DNA of 64,000 nucleotides from Chlamydiota bacterium (GTDB lineage Bacteria; Chlamydiota; Chlamydiia; Chlamydiales; JACKPQ01): NCBI GenBank assembly GCA_021772435.1, contig JAJFLZ010000037.1, positions 129,260 to 193,259 of the forward strand, read 5' to 3'. Shown piece by piece: positions 55,763 to 64,000 of this stretch (position 1 is its first letter; each line of letters starts with the position of its first letter). The notes under the pieces were generated by a model. It saw only the letters and a program-made list of their open reading frames with translations, ran no database searches and was not told where the DNA came from. The position numbers and the translations under genes were made by a program.

Positions 55763-56494
55763 ATGAAAAAAATCTTCTTATTTTTAATGCTAGTTCAAGG
55801 TTTTGTCTTTGCTGTTGGGTATAAAGATGTACCGAAATTAAGAGAAATATTTGAAGATCAAATGGGTGTTCAACTAAATAATTTGGTCATTGATAGAGAT
55901 GGTGACATTGAATACTTTGAAACATTTGCATGGTTTGATGAGGGTGATTCTGCCTACGGAACACAAATTGATTTTGATAGCGATACTTGCACTATTGTTG
56001 CCTTATATCAGGCACATAAGGCTTCTGCAAACGATTTACTTGAGCAACTTCAAAGATCTGATTCGAAAATAAAAATCCATTTTTCAGATGATCAGTATGA
56101 GTATGACCAAGAATATGTGAACGATGGGGAGAAGAATCTGCATCATCTTTACACCAGCATAAAGGCGAAAGGACATTCTTCTGATCCTATCGCTCGGCCT
56201 AAGGACATAACAAGATGGATTAATTTTTTAGAACCGACTGGGCTAAGAATCGTGTATGAATTTGAGTTAGATGACATGAATACGATTACGAGTTTACAGC
56301 AGTGTCTTACGGATAATTTTGAGGCTTTATTGCGAGGGGACAATCGCTTAGCTAGCAGTGTGATTTTATCGAGTGAATCTGATGAGACATGCTTGCATTA
56401 TATGGATCGGTTAGTAGGTGGAGCGCTATGTCTGCAATTGAGGGATGTATTCCATGAGTTGTTGAGTGATGTCCATAAGCATCAGCAAAAATAG
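55763..56494 (+). CDS. Hypothetical secreted protein
   Basis: Starting at ATG 55763 gives the signal peptide MKKIFLFLMLVQGFVFA. The ORF-track start at 55643 overlaps tatD and lacks a signal peptide. Confidence 0.5.
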   Translation: MKKIFLFLMLVQGFVFAVGYKDVPKLREIFEDQMGVQLNNLVIDRDGDIEYFETFAWFDEGDSAYGTQIDFDSDTCTIVALYQAHKASANDLLEQLQRSDSKIKIHFSDDQYEYDQEYVNDGEKNLHHLYTSIKAKGHSSDPIARPKDITRWINFLEPTGLRIVYEFELDDMNTITSLQQCLTDNFEALLRGDNRLASSVILSSESDETCLHYMDRLVGGALCLQLRDVFHELLSDVHKHQQK

Positions 56495-56726
56495 TCGTTT
56501 TTTAACTTTTAAAGAATGCTGCTTTGGACGTTTTTATCGCATTGTATTCCGCCAAAAAGGCTCTTTTGTCGGATCATGCTACGACAAATGGAGATTATGC
56601 AAACGATTTGGAATAGAACACACCTAAGCTATTGGCTGTATCCTATTAAGGAGATCAATATGATGATTGCTTTTTGAAATTATTTTGTTATATGGTGCGA
56701 GTAATTGTCATTTCTGGAGGGGAAGT

Positions 56727-57716
56727 ATGCTCAGTGCGAGTAAGGCGCCGCCAATTCCACGCGCTTATATTTGGCGGAGGGTGCATTCGCTTTTTGGCCT
56801 GTGGCTAGCGATTTTTTTGCTTGAACATCTGCTGACGAATTCTCAAGCTGCATTGTTTTTCGGCGATAATGGTCACGGCTTTATCTACTTTGTTAACATT
56901 TTGAAAAACTTGCCGTATCTGCCTGTGATTGAAGCTACACTTTTAGGTGTGCCGATTTTGATGCACGGCGTTTGGGGCATCAAGTATATTTTGCAAGGCA
57001 AAGCTAACTCTCATAAGTCGGATGGAGCAAAACCATCGCTTGGTAAGTACGGGCGCAATCAGGCCTATACTTGGCAGCGCTACACTGCGTGGATTTTGCT
57101 TGTCGGCATTATTGCCCATGTGGGCTTTATGCGCTTTTATTTGTATCCCATTACGCTGAATCAAGGAGCGGAAAGTTCGTATTTTGTGCGCCTAAATATG
57201 GACCCAGGACTTTATACGGTAGCATCTCGTTTGGATGTGCAGCTCTACGATCAGGAGAAAGTAGATGCAGAGGTCAAACGCATGGGGCAAATAGCCACTA
57301 GACCAAATGATGTTAAGCCAGACGATAGCGATGTTTATAGTCAATCTGAAGATGAGATGCTAACTAGAGCGCAGAATTTTGAATTTCAAAAAGAATTTGT
57401 AGAAGATCTCACTAAACGCAATATATCAAAAACACAAGTGATCGCTGTTGCTAACAATTTTGGAACGGCAACACTTCTCACCGTCCGCGATTCGTTTCGC
57501 CAGCCCATCACATGTGTGCTGTATACGATTTTTGTCCTCGCCGCTGTGTTTCATGCCTACAATGGTTTGTGGACGTTTATGATCACGTGGGGAATAGTGA
57601 TGCGGATGCGCTCGCAAAAGCGCGCTGTGAATGTGTGCCTTGGCATCATGATGGTCATGTTGTTTTTGGGACTCGCTGCCATCTGGGGCACCTATTATGT
57701 TAATTTAAAAAGTTAA
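56727..57716 (+). CDS. sdhC: Succinate dehydrogenase/fumarate reductase cytochrome b subunit (single large anchor, dihaem type)
   Basis: ATG 56727 is preceded by GGAGGGG. There are 5 hydrophobic segments. Four candidate haem-ligand His lie in TM segments (LLEHLL, ILMHG, IIAHVG, AVFHAYNG). No sdhD gene is present. It lies directly upstream of sdhA-sdhB. Confidence 0.78.
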   Translation: MLSASKAPPIPRAYIWRRVHSLFGLWLAIFLLEHLLTNSQAALFFGDNGHGFIYFVNILKNLPYLPVIEATLLGVPILMHGVWGIKYILQGKANSHKSDGAKPSLGKYGRNQAYTWQRYTAWILLVGIIAHVGFMRFYLYPITLNQGAESSYFVRLNMDPGLYTVASRLDVQLYDQEKVDAEVKRMGQIATRPNDVKPDDSDVYSQSEDEMLTRAQNFEFQKEFVEDLTKRNISKTQVIAVANNFGTATLLTVRDSFRQPITCVLYTIFVLAAVFHAYNGLWTFMITWGIVMRMRSQKRAVNVCLGIMMVMLFLGLAAIWGTYYVNLKS

Positions 57717-57723
57717 GGCACGT

Positions 57724-59616
57724 ATGGCAAAAGTTGTAAAAGAGGTGATTGTTGTCGGTGGAGGACTAGCTGGTCTTGCAGCTGCGATGAAGCTTGCTGA
57801 GCAGGGCATCAAAGTCAAGCTGATATCGGTCACACATGTGAAACGCTCCCATTCGGTCTGCGCTCAAGGTGGCATCAATGCGGCAGTAAACCTAAAAGGT
57901 GAAGACGACTCCCCCATCATTCACGCTTACGATACGATCAAAGGCGGAGACTTCTTAGCTCATCAACCGCCGATTTTGGAGATGTGCCTCTGCGCGCCAA
58001 AAATAATCATGATGATGGATCGTTTTGGCTGCACGTTTAATCGCACGCCTGAGGGTAATCTCGATTTTCGCCGCTTTGGTGGTACTCTCTATAACCGCAC
58101 GGCGTTTTGCGGAGCATCAACTGGACAGCAGCTGCTCTATTCGCTCGATGAACAGGTGCGCCGTTTTGAAGTAAAGGGTCTCGTTGAAAAGTTCGAGCAT
58201 CACGAGTTTATGCGCCTTGTTCTCGATGACAAAGGATATGCTTGCGGCATTGTCTTGCAAAACCTGCTCAATCTCAATCTCGAGGTTATGAAGGCCGACG
58301 CAGTCGTTCTTGGCACGGGCGGCCCTGGCATGGTTTTCAAAAAATCGACGAACTCCACTTTCTGTACCGGCGCTGCAAATGGCCGGCTTTACATGCAAGG
58401 TGTCAAGTACGCCAACGGCGAGTTTATCCAGATCCATCCTACGTCTATTCCCGGCATCGATAAGCTGCGCCTGATGTCCGAATCGATTCGCGGTGAAGGC
58501 GGACGCGTTTGGGTTTATGGTGATAGCAATAAATCAATTGAAACGCCCGATGGCAAAATGATTCCTTGCGGTGAAACTGGCAAGCCCTGGTACTTTTTAG
58601 AAGAGCTTTATCCTGCCCTTGGTAATCTTGTTCCAAGAGACATCGCTGCCCGTGAAATTTTGCGCGTCTCAGAGCTTGGCTTAGGAATCGATGGCAAACC
58701 GCAAGTGCACTTAGATGTCACCGAAATGCCTCCTGAGCGGCAGAAAAAACTCGACTCGGTCCTCGACATCTACTACAAATTTACAGGCGATAATCCGCGC
58801 GAGAAACCGATGAAGATTTCTCCCGGGATGCATTATTCGATGGGCGGCGTTTGGGTTGACTGGCCAGCATCTGATGACCCCGATCGCAACGATCGTTTCC
58901 GCCAAATGACCAACATCCCAGGCTGCTTTAACGTCGGTGAATCTGAGTACCAGTACCACGGCGCCAATCGCCTCGGCGCTAACTCTCTTCTCTCTTGCAT
59001 TTACGGCGGCCTCGTTGCCGGCGTTGATATTCCCAAATACCTCGATACAAAAGATCACGGCTTTGCAGATATTTCCTCAACCATTTACGACAGCGCCTTA
59101 AATCTAGAAGAAGTTTTCAAAAAAGACTTAATGTCTCGGAGCGGCCACGAAAACGTACACCAGCTGCACGATGAGATGGCCGAGCTGATGGTCAGCAACG
59201 TCACTGTCAAGCGCAACAACAAAGATCTGCAAAAAACACTCGATAAGCTCAAAGAGATTCGGGAGCGCTACAAAAATATCAGCCTCAGCGATACCGGATC
59301 TGTCATGAATCAAACCTACGTTTTAGCTAATCAATTCCAGCCCATGCTTGAGCTTGCCCTCATCATGACAAAAGGCGCGCTTTTGCGCGACGAATTCCGC
59401 GGCTCCCACTTCAAACCTGAATTTAAAGATCGCGACGATAAAAACTGGCTAAAATCGACCATCGCCACCTACGATCCAAACAAAGATGAGCCCATCATCG
59501 ATTACGAAGCTGTTGACATTCGGCACCTCGAGCCCGTATTAAGAGATTATGTGCGGGCCAAGAAAGTCAAGCCCACATTAAAGAACGTACCAACTAACAT
59601 TGAGCTGCCCATCTAA
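57724..59616 (+). CDS. sdhA: Succinate dehydrogenase flavoprotein subunit
   Basis: VVGGGLAGLAAA (FAD fold), RSHSVCAQGGINA (covalent-FAD His region), HPT, SESIRGEGGRV, HGANRLGANSL. Confidence 0.95.
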   Translation: MAKVVKEVIVVGGGLAGLAAAMKLAEQGIKVKLISVTHVKRSHSVCAQGGINAAVNLKGEDDSPIIHAYDTIKGGDFLAHQPPILEMCLCAPKIIMMMDRFGCTFNRTPEGNLDFRRFGGTLYNRTAFCGASTGQQLLYSLDEQVRRFEVKGLVEKFEHHEFMRLVLDDKGYACGIVLQNLLNLNLEVMKADAVVLGTGGPGMVFKKSTNSTFCTGAANGRLYMQGVKYANGEFIQIHPTSIPGIDKLRLMSESIRGEGGRVWVYGDSNKSIETPDGKMIPCGETGKPWYFLEELYPALGNLVPRDIAAREILRVSELGLGIDGKPQVHLDVTEMPPERQKKLDSVLDIYYKFTGDNPREKPMKISPGMHYSMGGVWVDWPASDDPDRNDRFRQMTNIPGCFNVGESEYQYHGANRLGANSLLSCIYGGLVAGVDIPKYLDTKDHGFADISSTIYDSALNLEEVFKKDLMSRSGHENVHQLHDEMAELMVSNVTVKRNNKDLQKTLDKLKEIRERYKNISLSDTGSVMNQTYVLANQFQPMLELALIMTKGALLRDEFRGSHFKPEFKDRDDKNWLKSTIATYDPNKDEPIIDYEAVDIRHLEPVLRDYVRAKKVKPTLKNVPTNIELPI

Positions 59617-60386
59617 TGGATAAGTATATTTTAAAAGTGCGCCGCGGTGTTCCAGATAACCAATATTGGGAAGAGTTTGAGCTCGACCTTATTCCCTTTG
59701 CCAATGTCATCTCTTCTTTGATGGAGATCCAAAAAAATCCCATCAATAAGCAAGGCGAAAAAACAACGCCCGTTGCGTGGGAACAAGGTTGCTTAGAAGA
59801 GGTTTGCGGCTCATGCTCCATTCTCATCAACGGCATCCCTCGCCAAGCCTGCACAGCGCTCATTCACAAAATCATTTCTCAAACAAACAGCAACGTGATC
59901 ACCCTCGCTCCCATGTCATCGTTCCCGCTCGTCAAGGATCTCTACGTTGATCGCCAGGGCATGTACGAGAACCTGAAAAAAACGCATTCCTGGATCGATG
60001 CCGACGGATCGCACACGGAAAACTTTGGTCCAAAAATCAGTCCAGAAAAACAGCAAACCATGTATGTGCTCTCCACCTGCATGACGTGTGGCTGCTGCTC
60101 TGAGGCCTGCCCCAACGTCAACGCCAAATCCAAATTCATGGGCCCTGCGCCCATCTCCCAAGTGCGCCTCTTCAACGCCAACCCCACCGGTAAAATGAGC
60201 GCCAATACAAGAAGCCGTATCCTCATGGAAGAGGGTGGCATCGCCGATTGTAGCAATGCCCAAAACTGCGTGCAAGTCTGCCCAAAAAATATTCCACTCA
60301 CCGAATCCATCGCCGTCATGGGCGGACAAGTTGCTAAACAAGCATCGCGCGATATCTTTAATATTACAGATAACGAACCCGAATAA
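59616..60386 (+). CDS. sdhB: Succinate dehydrogenase iron-sulfur subunit
   Basis: Three cluster motifs: CLEEVCGSCSILINGIPRQAC, CMTCGCCSEACP, CSNAQNCVQVCP. The start overlaps the sdhA stop by 1 nt. Confidence 0.93.
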   Translation: MDKYILKVRRGVPDNQYWEEFELDLIPFANVISSLMEIQKNPINKQGEKTTPVAWEQGCLEEVCGSCSILINGIPRQACTALIHKIISQTNSNVITLAPMSSFPLVKDLYVDRQGMYENLKKTHSWIDADGSHTENFGPKISPEKQQTMYVLSTCMTCGCCSEACPNVNAKSKFMGPAPISQVRLFNANPTGKMSANTRSRILMEEGGIADCSNAQNCVQVCPKNIPLTESIAVMGGQVAKQASRDIFNITDNEPE

Positions 60387-60437
60387 CAGCTCCCAATTTT
60401 TTTCCTTTTAAAGTAATCATTATAGTATATAAAAATT

Positions 60438-63400
60438 ATGCGTAAGTTTTATGTGATATTAGCGCTTCCACTCGTTCTATTTGGAGCCCCAAAAGGCTTC
60501 AAGTCTTCTTGTGCAACCCTCATTCAAGACGGCACTAAGACAATGGTCAAGTCTGGCAAGTCTGCCATTATTTCGTGGGATGATTTTTCAATTGGCAAGG
60601 GCGAACATGTTCATTTTTTACAAAGTTCACATAAATCAAAAGTTTTAAATCGCGTCACCGGAAATAAACTAAGCGAAATTCACGGCACGCTTGAATCGAA
60701 CGGGCAGGTCTACTTGATCAATCCAGCTGGTGTACACATCGGCAAAAGTGGACGGATTGATTGCGCAGCATTTTACGCCTCGACACTTGAGATGAGCGAT
60801 GAGGATTTTTTAGCAGGCAAGTTGAATACGCAAGGGTGCGTAGAGGGTAGCATTAAGTGCGAAGGCGTCATTGATGCAAGCCGTATCGAAGAAGTCGATG
60901 GCAAGATTTTACTGCTGGCGGAAGAGACGTATGTGAACGGTACGCTAAATGCCAAAACCGTGCATGTACTTGGTGATCAGGTACAGCTGGGTGAAGAAAC
61001 GAGGATTTGTGCTCCCGGAGGAGAAGTTCTCATCGGTGGCGATAAGCAGGGCCAGAACCCAAATATTCGCAATGCAATGAATGTGACCATGGAAAAGGGT
61101 TCTGTTGTCAAAGCTGACGCTGGGCAAAAAGGCAACGGCGGGAAGGTGATCTACTGGTCGGATCAAGCGACCGCTGTAGCTGGGTTTACATCAGTACGTG
61201 GTGGAGAAGAATTTGGCGATGGCGGCTTTGTTGAAGCCTCAGGCGCTGAAGTGCTAGAGTATACAGGGCGTAGTGATCGCAGAGCTCCTAACGGCAGGTG
61301 TGGCCAAATCTTGTTAGACCCATCTAATATCAATATCACAAGTGTTCCTCCTACTGATGGTGCATTTGTGGGAACAAGTCCGATAAAATTTTATCCATCC
61401 TTAGCAAGTTCTGATATTTTGAACACGGACTTGGAAGCAGAACTTGCTATGGGCGATGTATTGATTAACACAGCTTTTGGAGCTTTTGCATCTGCTGGTG
61501 AACTAACAGTAGTTGCTGGATTTACTTGGGGTACATACAATACAAGTCTTACACTTCGTGCAGATAACAACCTCACATTTGCTAGCAGTCCTACAATTAC
61601 CAATACTGGTTCGGGGCTTTTCCGCGCGGTTGCCGGTAGGTTTCTTAACCAGGTAAACGGCATCATAGAGAATACTCATACGGGCTCTGGGAATTTCGAG
61701 GGAATCGAATTGAGTAACCTTGGCACGGCTGCAGGCAGTTATCCTGGCGTCTTTATCGATGGCATTGTTCGGTCAGTCGAGGGGAATATTGTTTTCTCGG
61801 GCATTGGTAGAGGGGGTGCGGGAGGAATTCCGTTCTCAAAAGGAGTTACAGTAGACAATGGGCAAGTGTCTTCTACGGGTACCGGCGTTGCAGCTGCGTC
61901 AATTACCATGGTTGGTACTGGGGGAACGCTTATAAATGATAACGATGGCGTGGCTATAGAGCGTCAATTTATGGGGCTATTTCCAGTCGTATCAACTGTG
62001 GATGGAGACATCACATTAATAGGCAACGCAATTGCTTCGACCTTTATTCTCAATCAAGCAGTTTCAATATCCAACGTAGGATCTGTCCTGTCGACAGGAT
62101 CCGGTGATGTCATTATGGATGGAACAGTTACTGGATCCCCTACAGGAGGTGCAAACGAGGGTGTCATCATCAACTCAGGAGCAACAGTTGCCCTAAGTGG
62201 AACTGGTGAGCTTTTCATGACTGGAGTTGGTGGTGGCATAGCAGGATTAGAAAATCACGGCGTGCATTTTGCAGGGTCTGGTTTTGGCGGTGCTTCGATG
62301 ACCTCAACGGCATCAGGTGATATTACAATCATTGGGACAGGGAGAGCTCTTGCGACTTTAGATAGCTCTGGTGTTGCCTTAACCCGCAATGCTGTTTTAG
62401 AGACAGATTCTGGTACCATTGATATTACAGGTGTTGCGTTGGGAAGTGGAACTGAACACCATGGAGTCGATGTGGATAGCGGGGTCATTCGTACTAACAC
62501 TTACGGCACGATTTTGATTGATGGAACAGCGACATCTAGTTCTACAGCATCAGATAGCAGTGGGGTGACTGTTAGATCAGCGACAGCGTTTATACTTACA
62601 AATACAGGACCCATGACGATCAGTGGAACAGCCAGGGCTGGTGGAAGCACTAACTACGGCATTAGCGTTACAAATGCAGGTACAATTGAATCAGTTTCTG
62701 GCGCAACGACCCTCACTGGCTTAGGGAGTGATACTGGTATCAATGATAATTCAGGGATTATTATCACAGATGTAGGCTCAAATATAACGTCGATGTCAGG
62801 TGATATTACGATGACGGGAACTGCTAGAACCAGTGGAACAGACAATCACGGCATTTACTTTACGTCTATGGGAGAAACTTCCACATCCACAGGAAGCATT
62901 ACAATGACGGGGATGGGTTCTTCATCTTTCTACGATGTTTCACATGGTATTTTCATCGATAGTTTAGGTTCAGCTGTCACTACAGCGGGCTCTCCTTATT
63001 CATCGATCGAAATGACGGGGACATCTGGTGATTTCCCAGATAGTTACGGTATTAATGTTTCTGGCTCTTTAACAGCTATAACAGCTGGGGATTCGCCAAT
63101 TACGATGACGGGAATGGCTCCTGTGACTGAAAAGGGAATTTTAGTAAGCATCGCAAGTATTACAAACGGGAATGCTCCTCTAACGCTGCGCACATTGAGT
63201 GATATCGATATTGACATGGGAGCGATGGTCACAAGTGCAGGTGATGTGCTGCTTGACTCTTGTCGCGATATCAACGTAACAGGTGATGTCACATCTACGA
63301 CAATTGCGTCATCGGGTGCTGATGTTTTGATGATCGCAGATCGAGATATAGCACTTTTACCAGGATCTGGCACTGCTGTTATAGACTCAGCTACTGGAAA

Positions 63401-63998
63401 TACGACGTTAGTGGTTGATGATTCTTTTCCCACTGCGCCAGGTATCGGGTCGGGACAATTTACGATCGACCCTGGAGTTTCCTTAACAGCTGCAGCAGAG
63501 CTCCGTATTTATACCGCTAGGCGTTCTCAAAATTCAATTAACACAACACTGAACGGAACACCTTTTGTTGAGGGCCCTTTGTTTGTAGATTCTTCTATAG
63601 AAACGTGGGCTACATACTATCCAGATGGAAGCTATGGAGGGTTAGCATTTAATATTTATTATAAAGATTTTCCTACCCCGCCGCCTGCAGACGAATTTAC
63701 TCCAGTATTTGTGATTGGGGTGCAGCTTGAAAATTTGCTTCCTGTGATTAATTTACAGCCGCTTTGGGGCTCCAAAAACCGTACATCTAACTACCATCAA
63801 AAATTGGGGGTAGTAGGTTTTCCCGGTTTAGATCCCGCGTTTGAGCCATATAGCGCATTCATTTTTGAAAGTGCATTATTTAAAACAGATCGGTGGTATG
63901 AAAAGCACTTTATCTCCGTCAAAGATTACCTGACAGACAATGCCGATGTATTCAGTGATGAAAGAATGACTGATTTATTAAATTTATACGGTAATTAA
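60438..63998 (+). CDS. Filamentous-haemagglutinin-like exoprotein (TpsA family: N-terminal TPS/haemagg_act domain plus beta-helical repeats)
   Basis: Signal peptide MRKFYVILALPLVLFGA. TPS domain AIISWDDFSIGKGEHVHFLQ...VLNRVTGNKLSEIHGTLESNGQVYLINPAGVHIG. About 700 aa of G/T/S-rich ~20-aa repeats follow (..ITMTGTA..G...HGI..). Stop TAA at 63996-63998. Confidence 0.8.
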   Translation: MRKFYVILALPLVLFGAPKGFKSSCATLIQDGTKTMVKSGKSAIISWDDFSIGKGEHVHFLQSSHKSKVLNRVTGNKLSEIHGTLESNGQVYLINPAGVHIGKSGRIDCAAFYASTLEMSDEDFLAGKLNTQGCVEGSIKCEGVIDASRIEEVDGKILLLAEETYVNGTLNAKTVHVLGDQVQLGEETRICAPGGEVLIGGDKQGQNPNIRNAMNVTMEKGSVVKADAGQKGNGGKVIYWSDQATAVAGFTSVRGGEEFGDGGFVEASGAEVLEYTGRSDRRAPNGRCGQILLDPSNINITSVPPTDGAFVGTSPIKFYPSLASSDILNTDLEAELAMGDVLINTAFGAFASAGELTVVAGFTWGTYNTSLTLRADNNLTFASSPTITNTGSGLFRAVAGRFLNQVNGIIENTHTGSGNFEGIELSNLGTAAGSYPGVFIDGIVRSVEGNIVFSGIGRGGAGGIPFSKGVTVDNGQVSSTGTGVAAASITMVGTGGTLINDNDGVAIERQFMGLFPVVSTVDGDITLIGNAIASTFILNQAVSISNVGSVLSTGSGDVIMDGTVTGSPTGGANEGVIINSGATVALSGTGELFMTGVGGGIAGLENHGVHFAGSGFGGASMTSTASGDITIIGTGRALATLDSSGVALTRNAVLETDSGTIDITGVALGSGTEHHGVDVDSGVIRTNTYGTILIDGTATSSSTASDSSGVTVRSATAFILTNTGPMTISGTARAGGSTNYGISVTNAGTIESVSGATTLTGLGSDTGINDNSGIIITDVGSNITSMSGDITMTGTARTSGTDNHGIYFTSMGETSTSTGSITMTGMGSSSFYDVSHGIFIDSLGSAVTTAGSPYSSIEMTGTSGDFPDSYGINVSGSLTAITAGDSPITMTGMAPVTEKGILVSIASITNGNAPLTLRTLSDIDIDMGAMVTSAGDVLLDSCRDINVTGDVTSTTIASSGADVLMIADRDIALLPGSGTAVIDSATGNTTLVVDDSFPTAPGIGSGQFTIDPGVSLTAAAELRIYTARRSQNSINTTLNGTPFVEGPLFVDSSIETWATYYPDGSYGGLAFNIYYKDFPTPPPADEFTPVFVIGVQLENLLPVINLQPLWGSKNRTSNYHQKLGVVGFPGLDPAFEPYSAFIFESALFKTDRWYEKHFISVKDYLTDNADVFSDERMTDLLNLYGN

Positions 63999-64000
63999 TT

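Noticed and set aside
56667-56726. TTG-initiated N-terminal extensions in the ORF track: sdhC 56667, pal 50879, lipoprotein 46375, coiled-coil gene 19918, secreted protein 55643
   Set aside because: In each case an internal ATG with a good Shine-Dalgarno gives a sensible N-terminus (signal peptide, lipobox or first TM segment). The extension either lacks a ribosome-binding site or overlaps the upstream gene.
59916-60341. Two overlapping antisense ORFs (141 and 125 aa) opposite sdhB
   Set aside because: sdhB carries all three Fe-S cluster motifs on the plus strand. The antisense ORFs have no start context and no recognisable domains.
60773-63433. Several antisense ORFs (60-129 aa) opposite the FHA-like gene
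   Set aside because: The repeat-rich, G/T/S-codon-biased gene yields long stop-free antisense frames. None has a ribosome-binding site.

Overview
This 64-kb chromosomal segment reads like an environmental member of the Chlamydiae, outside the Chlamydiaceae. That placement is an inference from gene content and from gene order I recall from Chlamydia trachomatis: recC-recB, rpsT/rpoD/folX-folP, tyrB-mreC, gspD-E-F, tolQ-tolR-x-tolB-pal, tatD(ycfH) and sdhCAB. I support about 55 CDS and one tRNA-Ala(GGC). I see no rRNA, CRISPR, transposase, integrase or phage genes. The gene blocks, in order: recC(partial)-recB-recD-PBP4; rpsT; a CoiA-like competence protein; rpoD; aspC-mreC; an OpuC-type ABC ATPase and permease; two tandem TagF-like genes; mutY. 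Next come a pentapeptide-repeat/C26-amidotransferase fusion upstream of folX-folKP; a compact type II secretion cluster (GspC-position gene, gspD, E, F, two pseudopilins); a MORN-repeat protein; rsmD. Then a cluster of large secreted VWA and TPR proteins; a glycine-zipper lipoprotein; a DUF4143 ATPase; tolQ-tolR-tolA-like-tolB-pal extended by a coiled-coil lipoprotein, an orphan OmpR-type response regulator and an MFS pump; tatD; sdhCAB; a TpsA/FHA-like exoprotein. The most unusual content is at the DNA level. (1) A dispersed 19-27 bp palindrome ATGTAAA-ACNGC-TTTACAT has at least 7 copies, some in frame inside unrelated genes and some at gene 3' ends. (2) Its core TGTAAANCC is strongly over-represented, including a 12-mer present 4 times. 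This resembles uptake-signal or other genome-wide sequence signals. (3) A MITE-like element has 16-bp terminal inverted repeats and a flanking direct repeat, and there is a collapsed 46-bp copy. (4) Two tandem 118-bp intergenic units carry conserved hairpins. All motif counts were made by eye and are lower bounds. No database search was run.
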